A stretch of DNA of 64,000 nucleotides from Octopus vulgaris (lineage: Eukaryota), in assembly GCA_951406725.2 (NCBI GenBank), contig OX597823.1, positions 56,792,001 to 56,856,000 of the forward strand. Direction: 5' to 3'. A model generated the notes under the pieces. The model had not been told where the DNA came from. It was given only the letters and a program-made list of their open reading frames with translations, and did no database searches. Position 1 is the stretch's first letter. Each line of letters opens with the position of its first letter. Both the position numbers and the translations under genes were made by a program. Positions 54,828-64,000 of this stretch are shown here, one piece after another.

Positions 54828-55229
54828 ATATATGTATTCAATATAGTATATAATACGTTTTATTATGTTTAGTTAAACTTATGATACTACGTTCTGTGGA
54901 AAGATTTTCCTGCATGAAACCGATCTGTGGAGCCAAAATAAGGGTTGGTCTACAACACATATGTATTTGTATATAACTTTGTTGTCAATTTAGTGAAAAA
55001 CATTTTAAGAAATTATTTAATGTTTCTGACATCTTTTGATCTTTCCATTATCAAAATATAACTTTTAAACTTTTTCAAATTCCATCATTGGTCATTAGAC
55101 GAAAGGGATGAGAAAATCGGAGTAAAATTCCGTGGTTTTGTCAAGATTGGTTTTGCAATGTAAACAAAATGTCTGTTCATGAACACGATGTTAGGAGTGT
55201 GACAGAAACATCAATAATAATATCGAACA

Positions 55230-55511
<282 letters not shown>

Positions 55512-55514
55512 TAT

Positions 55515-55728
55515 AAAGGCGGCGAGCCGGCAGAATCGGTAACACGCCGGGGAAAATGTTTAGTGACATTTCGTCTTTTCTCGCGTTCTCCGTTCAAATT
55601 CTGCCGAAGGTGACTTTGCTATCCATCCTTTCGGGTTCGATAAAATAAATACCAGTGAAACACTGAGTCGATGTAATCGACTAGTCCCCTCCCCACAAAA
55701 TTCAGGTCTTGTGCCATTAGTGGAAAGG

Positions 55729-55730
<2 letters not shown>
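55515..55730 (+). mobile_element. SINE family B, short-tail variant, within (ATT)n
   Basis: aaggcggcgagccggcagaatcg...atccatcctttcgggttcgataaaataaataccag... Confidence 0.85.
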
Positions 55731-55776
<46 letters not shown>

Positions 55777-56262
55777 GCATTCGCACAGCTTCTAACGCTG
55801 GAGATGCACTGCGGTGTCAGCTGTTCGTTACCAGTGAACTAAGGTAACACCTCTTATTTTTCAAGCACCTTCCGGAGTATTCGAGCGGTTCCATGCAGTG
55901 CTGTTTTCTGCAAATGCTCCACACTTATTGCAGCCCCTATTTGTTCCACGTCCTTCTCGAGATTTTTGCTCACTGTTCCCAGGGCTCCGACAATTATTGG
56001 TACTACTGCTACCTTTTTCCTCGACCACAACTGCTTAACTTCCCAAGCTAACCTGTCATATCTCACGACTTCTCTTTCTTCCTTATCGCATACCTTGTTG
56101 TCAGCTGGGCATGCTATATCTATGATCCAGCATAGTTTTCTTTCTCAATTAAGACTCTATCCGGCTTCCTATTCTCTATTTCATGGTCCCATTGAATCAT
56201 AAAATCCCATAGGATCTTTGCATTTCTATTCTCGACAATGCCTTCAGGGTTTTGGTACCAAT
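55777..56262 (-). mobile_element. 5'-truncated R4/Dong-clade non-LTR retrotransposon (restriction-like endonuclease domain plus 3' UTR)
   Basis: WYQNPEGIVENRNAKILWDFMIQWDHEIENRKPDRVLIEKE / IIDIACPADNKV...RYDRLAWEVKQLW...VVPIIVGALGTV...LQKTALHGTARILRKVL; PD-(D/E)xK RLE; 3' end runs into (TAA)n. Confidence 0.88.
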
Positions 56263-56462
56263 TTTTTGCTAAAAGAGGTAAAAAGGGAGATAATGACCTG
56301 AGAGCCCGTATTGGGAGTTTTAAATCGTTTAATTTGTTATTGTTATTCATATTGTTTACACGCAGTAAAACACATTTGTGTCGTCCTGTATTTGTTTTTT
56401 TAATGTTTTTGCATGTCTTTTAATGTTATTTTATGTGAGCCCTTGTGTCTAATAAAAGAAAA
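56262..56462 (+). mobile_element. Possible 3' end of another Tx1-like LINE ending in (TTA)n
   Basis: T-rich UTR ending gagcccttgtgtctaataaaagaaa, similar to the Tx1 tail agccctgtgtggccaataaagaaa. Confidence 0.4.
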
Positions 56463-56479
56463 AATTATTATTATCATTA

Positions 56480-56564
<85 letters not shown>

Positions 56565-56617
56565 GGTGGTGAGCTGGCTGAATTGTTAGAACGCTGGACG
56601 AATGGTTCTCAAAGTAT

Positions 56618-56695
<78 letters not shown>

Positions 56696-57405
56696 GCATG
56701 CACAGATAAATATGTATGTGTGTGTGTGTATATATATATAAATATATATATATATACACACACTCATCCATACAAGTACACATACATGTACGTTTGTATG
56801 TGAAATTGCATGATTGTGTATATTACACAGAGTATAATGTGTGCGGGCGCATGCGCATTTAACTTCATAATTTTTTGTTCTTTCACTCTATAAAGAAAGG
56901 AAAGGATTTGATGCATCATGTTTTCATTTTTCCTGAGTTTAGACAAGTGACACAAACAAGAAAACACGAAACGATATTTGTAATAAATTTTAATTAAAAC
57001 GTCAATTTGATTTCTTTTCTTCACTTTATTCTTTAAAATAGCACATTATTTCTACTTTTCTCATCAGAATTACTACAGTGATTATATACCCGTCTGCTTG
57101 TATATCATTGAGCTATGTATGTATGTATGTATGTATGTATATATGTATAGGTGTATGTAGTTGAATATGTGTTTACGCGCATATTTTACTTGCTTGTAAG
57201 TATGCATTACATTATAAACATATACATACGCACATCATTTAGTAAAAATATTAAATATTTATTAAAAGAAAACGTAAGTTGCTACAAAAACCTCCCTCAT
57301 ATATGTATATATATATATATATATTTATACACACACACACACACATATATACGCATACATACATACACACACACACACAAACACACACAGACAGACAGAC
57401 AGACA

Positions 57406-57452
<47 letters not shown>

Positions 57453-57516
57453 TGATAGAAATGGTAAGACAACAAAAGAACGAAAGAGACATCGATATTA
57501 TGTAAATAGAGGAATT

Positions 57517-57712
57517 TATCTGCAAATGTAATATGAGACAATTATTCGGTGACCATGATAAAACTTCGAGTTTCGGATTTCGGGTTCATTTTCATAGCAT
57601 TCGTCCGATGGCCGGATAACAGAGGAGACGGCAGCGTGGATTTCCACCCCGACATCCGAAACTCGGATTTTTATCATGGCTACCGAATAGTCACATATTA
57701 CATTTACAGATA
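57517..57712. repeat. Second fold-back copy of the 11-kb hammerhead-bearing family
   Basis: Arms aatgtaatatgagacaattattcggtgaccatgataaaacttcgagtttcggat and catccgaaactcggatttttatcatggctaccgaatagtcacatattacatt; the outer extension 57470-57522 is the reverse complement of ~11197-11250. Confidence 0.85.
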
Positions 57713-57723
57713 TATATATTCTA

Positions 57724-57863
57724 TATTTAAAGCAGCAGAAAATTCAACAAAACCTGTTACTCTGAGTTTCCCGTTGCCGTTCATCGGACAAAAAACTGTC
57801 CATTGAACGGCAACGGGAAACTCAGAGTAACAGGTTTTGTTGAATTTTCTGCTGCTTTAAATA
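57724..57863. repeat. Perfect 60-bp inverted repeat with a 20-nt spacer and hammerhead-like motif
   Basis: 57724-57783 is the exact reverse complement of 57804-57863; minus strand reads tgt-CCGATGA-acggcaacgg-GAAA-ctcaga-GTA-aca. Confidence 0.9.
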
Positions 57864-58152
57864 AAGCATATTACTCTGCCACTGGTATTTGAGTACTCTT
57901 TTTTCCACTTTGTTTCACATTTATGTGTTTACTCCGGTATATATATTTATATATATATTTATATATATATTTATATATTTATGGACAAAGTGAGATAGGG
58001 GTTATGAGAGTAACCCACTATGGGATATCAGTTATCCAATATACTGCCAGTACCCAAAAGACTAATACATAAATGCTTACAATTGCAATGCAATTAGTTC
58101 ATTCATTGTATTGGAGGGGCGAAGGTAAAATGTTTTACCTCAAAATCAATAC

Positions 58153-58420
58153 AAATAAGAAAATGGAGGAACAGATTCCTTTCAATCATCAACTTACAGA
58201 TAATACCAATTCATATAATTTATTAAACTATTTAAATAGGAAAATCCAAATCCAACAGAATAAAACATTATACATCAATAAGTAAGATAATTGATGTTTA
58301 ATGTTTTATTGTGTTTTATTCTGTTGGATTTGGATGTTCCTATTTAATTAGTTAATAAATTATATGAATTGGTATTATCTGTAAATTGATGATTGAAAGG
58401 ATTATGTTCCTCCATTTTCT

Positions 58421-58425
<5 letters not shown>
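58153..58425. repeat. AT-rich fold-back with ~125-bp imperfect arms
   Basis: aaataagaaaatggaggaaca...atccaaatccaacagaataaaaca and tgttttattctgttggatttggat...tgttcctccattttcttattt. Confidence 0.9.
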
Positions 58426-58483
<58 letters not shown>

Positions 58484-58566
58484 GGTCCCGGGTTGATTCG
58501 GGGTTAACCACAGTAAGTAAGGTACTCAATACATAGCAGAGTAAAATTAATTTATTATATAGAAGG

Positions 58567-58617
58567 AGCTTCTACAGGACTAGTACTGTTTCATTCAAGA
58601 GAAATCTTCAGGAAGCT
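58567..58617 (-). ncRNA. Type I hammerhead ribozyme with intact core
   Basis: agcttc-CTGAAGA-t ttc tctt gaa t-GAAA-cag tactagtc ctg-TA-gaagct: perfect 6-bp stem I, short stem II, near-palindromic stem III, GUA cleavage triplet. Confidence 0.8.
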
Positions 58618-58820
58618 ATTTAACAAGAATTGTATTAGCATTTATACATTTAGGCAGGTTTAAAGGAGTGGTGGTGGGGGACTTTTTTGGGGGTAGGCAT
58701 AGCGCAAAATATCATACTTGGGGGAGTGGTCAAGGAGTCAGTGGTAAGTTAGATGAAAGAATAGATAAATAAAAAAATAAAAAAATAATAAAAAAATAAA
58801 ATAAAAAAATAAACAACAAT

Positions 58821-59321
58821 GTGAAAAAACTTAACATATCTACTTTCTCCGGGGCCCATCCAACGTCCGATAGCAGTTGCAACTGCCATGATAAAACCAC
58901 CTGCCCCCTCAACAACAACTGCCTACAGAGGGACCTAGTATATAAATGCGAGGTAAGATCAGGCCTTGACGATAAAAGTAAATCCTACATTGGAATGACG
59001 TCAAACAGCTTTAAGACCCGCTGGTACGCACACACGCACTCGTTCCGGCGACAGGATAAACCCAACCAAACTACCCTCGCCGCCCACATCTGGTACCTTA
59101 AAAGGAACTCAATCCCCTTCAAGACCAAGTGGAAACTACTACAGAAGGCGCGCTCGTACACAGGAGGACATACCTGCTGTGACCTATGCATATCAGAGAG
59201 CCTAGAGATCTTGTTCGCCAAAGGCCCTCTCCTTAACAAATTTTCAGAACACTCCCCAAATTGCATGCATAAGAAGTATGCGAACTACAAGAACTATAGA
59301 CCTACCCGGCAACCTGATTGA
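58821..59321 (+). CDS. GIY-YIG endonuclease domain of a Penelope-like retroelement (Naiad-type), uninterrupted but 5'-truncated with no RT
   Basis: CNCHDKTTCPLNNNC Cys motif, LVY...YIGMT...FKTRWYAHTHSF, TTLAAHIW.LK, W, CDLC..E, LLN, CMH; starts at GTG in an A-rich tract. Confidence 0.9.
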   Translation: MKKLNISTFSGAHPTSDSSCNCHDKTTCPLNNNCLQRDLVYKCEVRSGLDDKSKSYIGMTSNSFKTRWYAHTHSFRRQDKPNQTTLAAHIWYLKRNSIPFKTKWKLLQKARSYTGGHTCCDLCISESLEILFAKGPLLNKFSEHSPNCMHKKYANYKNYRPTRQPD

Positions 59322-59419
59322 TGACAACCCCCCCCCTACAAACCCCCCCCCCCCGCAACCCCACTGTTCCCCTAGCACCCCCGATTACCTTTTCTCCTAA
59401 GACCTTTCACATATTGTAT

Positions 59420-59559
59420 GTGCACGCTTGTATATGTGTATCGTATGTATGTATATATGTATAGAAATGCATGGGTACAGTAGGAATATACGCATGTATT
59501 ATGTGTGTGTGTTTGTATGTATGCATGTAAAAAAATATATATATGTATATATATTTGCA

Positions 59560-59592
<33 letters not shown>

Positions 59593-60227
59593 GCTTGTAT
59601 GTGTGTGTGTGTGTATATATGTATATGTGTTTGTATATATATGTGTATATACGTATATGCATATGTATGTGTAAATGTATGTGTTTATGTATGTGTATGT
59701 ATGTATAAAATATTATATAATTAGGGCTTAGTAAAATAAAATAAATTACTTGCCACATACTAAACTTTCTAGAAATAGCAGCCAATAAAGTTTTTTAGCC
59801 TCTCCCACTACTTAGAGAATTTTTTTCCCTCTAACATTGTTTACTCAAAATAATAATGGTCCCTTTACATACTGAATACTTGGTGAAATTGATTAATAAC
59901 TAATTAACTTTACCCTCCCTTGTTGATATATATATATGTATATGTGTACATGTATGTATATATGTGTGTGTGTGTATGTGTGTATGTATGTATTTGTATA
60001 TGTGTGTGTGTATATGTATGTGTGCGCGTGTGTGTGTATGTATATGTATGTATATCTGTATATGTATATGCATGTATATATATGTGTGTGTATATGTGTA
60101 TTATGTATGTATTTATATAGATATGTAATTTATATATATATGTATGTATATGCATCTGTCTGTGTGTGTGTATGTGTATATATGTGTATCATTATTGCGT
60201 ATGTATACATGTATATGTGTATATGTA

Positions 60228-60300
<73 letters not shown>

Positions 60301-60385
60301 ATGTACATGTATATATGTATGTGTGTATATATATATATATGTTTATATGTGAGTATGTAGAGATATAAGTATATGCATGTGTATA

Positions 60386-60418
<33 letters not shown>

Positions 60419-60595
60419 GTATGGGTATGTGTATCAGTGTATATGTATATATGTATGTGTGTGTGTATGTATATGTATGTATATGTGTATATATGTATGT
60501 GTATATGTGTATATATGTGTATATATATGTATGTATGTGTATGTGTATGCATGTGTATATGTGTATGTATGTGTGTGTATATATGTATATATATG

Positions 60596-60652
<57 letters not shown>

Positions 60653-61140
60653 GAGTGCGCGTGTGTGTATGTATGCATATATGTATGTATGCATGTATAT
60701 GTGTATGTATATATGTGTGTAAGTGTGTGCATATATGTATATGTAAGTATGTGTGCGTGTATGAGTATGTATGTATGCTTGCACACGTGTATATATGTGT
60801 GTGTGTGTATATATATGGATGCGCGTGCGTGTGTGCACGTGTATGGGTACGCATGTATATGTGTATGTGCGTGTATGTGTATGTATGCATATATGTATGT
60901 ATGCATGTATATGTGTATGTATATATGTGTGTAAGTGTGTGCATATATGTATATGTAAGTATGTGTGCGTGTATGAGTATGTATGTATGCTTGCACACGT
61001 GTATATATGTGTGTGTGTGTATATATATGGATGCGCGTGCGTGTGTACGTGTATGGGTACGCATGTATATGTGTATGTGCGTGTATGTGTATACGTGTAT
61101 GTATGTATGTGTGTGCGTATATTTGTATATGTATGTGTGA

Positions 61141-61175
<35 letters not shown>

Positions 61176-61350
61176 TGGGTGTGTGTATGCGTATAAATGC
61201 ATGTAAGTATGGATGTATGGATGTATGTATGTATGTATACGTATGTATGTGTTTGTGTGTATATGTATGTATGTGTGTGTATGTGTGTATATATATATAT
61301 GTGTGTGTGTATGTATGTATGTATGTATGCATAAGTATATGTATATATGT
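59420..61350. repeat. Long cryptic alternating purine-pyrimidine (TA/TG) array including a 212-bp tandem duplication
   Basis: aagtgtgtgcatatatgtatatgtaagtatgtgtgcgtg at 60721 and 60933; interrupted by unique sequence at ~59720-59925. Confidence 0.9.
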
Positions 61351-61553
61351 AGCCGCGTGTGTATCGTTGGCGATTTTCTTTCTTCGTCTTCCCTTCCTTG
61401 GACCTTTCCTTTTTCCATGTTTCTGACGAAGAGTTCCGCTCGAAACGTTAAGTCCTCCTTCTTTGTTTCCTTTCCTGAGCGTCCGATAACACTGTACTTG
61501 TTCCACGTTCTCGCATTGTTGTGTTTTCTCTTTGTTCATGTTTGGATTAACTA
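61351..61553 (+). mobile_element. Penelope pLTR-like short element with a minimal hammerhead motif (core intact)
   Basis: ttt-CTGACGA-agagttccgctc-GAAA-c-GTT-aag; palindromic aacgtt replaces stem III; ends tttggattaac|tata. Confidence 0.78.
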
Positions 61554-61948
61554 TATGTATATATATACACTAAAAGGTAATTGCAAACATAATATGGCTG
61601 TCCTAGAAGGGAGGTTGTTACTATTCATTAGCCCCAAGAAACATCGTTTCTAGTTGGCTATGCGACACATTGTTTGTGTCCTTATATTTTCGAACCGGGA
61701 ATTCAGCAACCCCACTCAGCACAAAACATCTGCAGACTAGTTTCAGAGTTATTGCTCTTTATCCACATTCAGTAGCTGCTTGGCTAGGTGGCAGTACCGA
61801 ATTCACGGTTCGAATATATAGATTTCAAAGTGACTATGTGTCACTTTAAAATTTATAGAAAAGTGACACATTTCTATAAATGGAAATACTATTATTTTTA
61901 AATCTCTCAGAAAGAAATATTCGGTAACAGTTCTTTAAAGTACAAGCT

Positions 61949-62059
<111 letters not shown>

Positions 62060-62451
62060 TATGTGTGTGTGTAATTGAATAAAATAGAATCAACGGGAAG
62101 GAGTACGGTTTGACAGCTATTTAATAACCACCCAACGAATATAGAAAATTCTTTATAAATATTAACCTTATACATGAATTTAACCACAAATCTTAATGGA
62201 AAACTTTTGTTATACACCTGCTTGAAATTTGATGGCATCGGGTGTGACAGCACACCTAATACAACAGCTGCTATACGCCACTGACATACGAGTGAGAGTG
62301 GACATACGGAAGAAGAAAGCATGTGATAGATTTACTTGGAGTTACACGTAATATTTAAAACTGTGTTTGAAATAATATATATATATGTATATAGAAATTA
62401 CATTCTATGCGTGTCTATCCCTCTCTCTTTATCTCTCTCTCTATGTATATA

Positions 62452-62598
<147 letters not shown>

Positions 62599-62891
62599 AT
62601 AGATATAGATAGATAGATATAGATATATTTAAGTGCATACAGCAATTTACTTAGGCGTTTATGTTGTTGGAATAATCTCGTCTGGAATATCTATTAAGTT
62701 AGATAAGATCATTATTAACAATTTATAAATTACTGATAACTCTTATGACATTTCTTATTGGTTTGACTTTCTTCAGTCTTTTGATATGTTTCTTTTCATG
62801 ATGTTGCTGTTCATCTGTTTCTCGAAACAACAGTCTATCAATCTGTTCTGTTTGTCGTCCCTCCTTCTCGCTCTTTTTTTGTTTCTGTCTG

Positions 62892-62938
<47 letters not shown>

Positions 62939-63071
62939 ATACATACATGCATACATACATACATACATACATACATACATACATACATGCATACATACAT
63001 ACATACATACATACATACATACAAGCATACATACATACATATATATATATTTATATGTATGTATGTATGCT

Positions 63072-63135
<64 letters not shown>

Positions 63136-63219
63136 TAGAAATATGATTGCGTAAGTTTAAATGAAGTATTAAAATGCGTATGAATGCATGCAAATACTGT
63201 ATGTATGTATGTATGTATG

Positions 63220-63285
<66 letters not shown>

Positions 63286-63328
63286 TGTGTGTATGTGTGT
63301 GTGTGTGTATAAGCATATTTGTACATTT

Positions 63329-63372
<44 letters not shown>

Positions 63373-63445
63373 ACACAGGTATGTGCGTGTGCGTGTCAGT
63401 GTGCATAAATCTTTACACACACACAGCTATATATATGTATATATA

Positions 63446-63493
<48 letters not shown>

Positions 63494-63787
63494 GTACATT
63501 TAGCTGTAAGTTTAATTATGTCTGTCTATATATATGTATGTACGTATGTATGTATATATATGTATCTATCTATCTACCTACCTACATCTATGTAAATATA
63601 TATGCACGCACGCATACATACCTACATACATATGTCCATATATCTATATCTATATAGACTCACACTCACACACACACACACGTATATACTTGATCAAAAG
63701 CTACCATACATATACATCCACATGAATATATATATACATTAAATTAAACCATGTTACACACACACACACACACACGCACACACACAA

Positions 63788-63853
<66 letters not shown>

Positions 63854-64000
63854 GCATACAGATATCCATCTGTATGTAAAATGACACAATGACACAACAT
63901 ATAGATTGAAGAAAACCAGTTTAGCAAGACAAGATTGGAAAGACTATATCTTTACATTAAGAACAGATGTGTGCAATATATGGCGTCCATTAGTAGGTGG

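Noticed and set aside
59319-59400. Possible SECIS after the Naiad-type ORF (some Naiads are reported to encode selenoproteins)
   Set aside because: No in-frame UGA in the ORF, and the ATGA is followed by a C-rich tract that cannot form the SECIS stem.
60192-61539. Longest ORFs in the track (408 and 398 aa)
   Set aside because: Alternating purine-pyrimidine repeats lack stop codons; YIHT-type low complexity.

Overview
AT-rich, microsatellite-saturated eukaryotic DNA, intronic or intergenic. The repeat repertoire resembles an octopus or other coleoid cephalopod; this is inferred from recalled SINE families and not verified. No intact host protein-coding gene is supported, and almost all ORF-track calls are translations of (TA)n, (CA)n, (GATA)n, (ATT)n or (CAT)n repeats. 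The non-microsatellite DNA is mostly mobile-element debris. It includes dozens of tRNA-derived SINEs of at least four families (CORE-like and Meta-domain-like), a Tc1 fossil with TIRs, mariner-, pogo- and piggyBac-like MITEs, a complete non-autonomous Helitron and a tRNA-Leu(AAG) pseudogene. LINE remnants belong to the RTE, R4/Dong and Tx1/L1 clades. There are two Penelope-like GIY-YIG endonuclease segments of Naiad-type architecture, one of them an uninterrupted 166-codon ORF. Four signals stand out. (1) About ten hammerhead-ribozyme-like motifs occur, several inside long fold-back elements and one inverted next to the intact GIY-YIG ORF. (2) A Tx1-clade LINE has all its copies in (GATA)n. 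(3) The most abundant SINE shares its 3' tail with that Tx1 LINE and forms head-to-tail arrays with a recurrent junction. (4) Different retroelement clades appear to occupy different microsatellites. All assignments are by-eye motif recognition, and many SINE boundaries are approximate.
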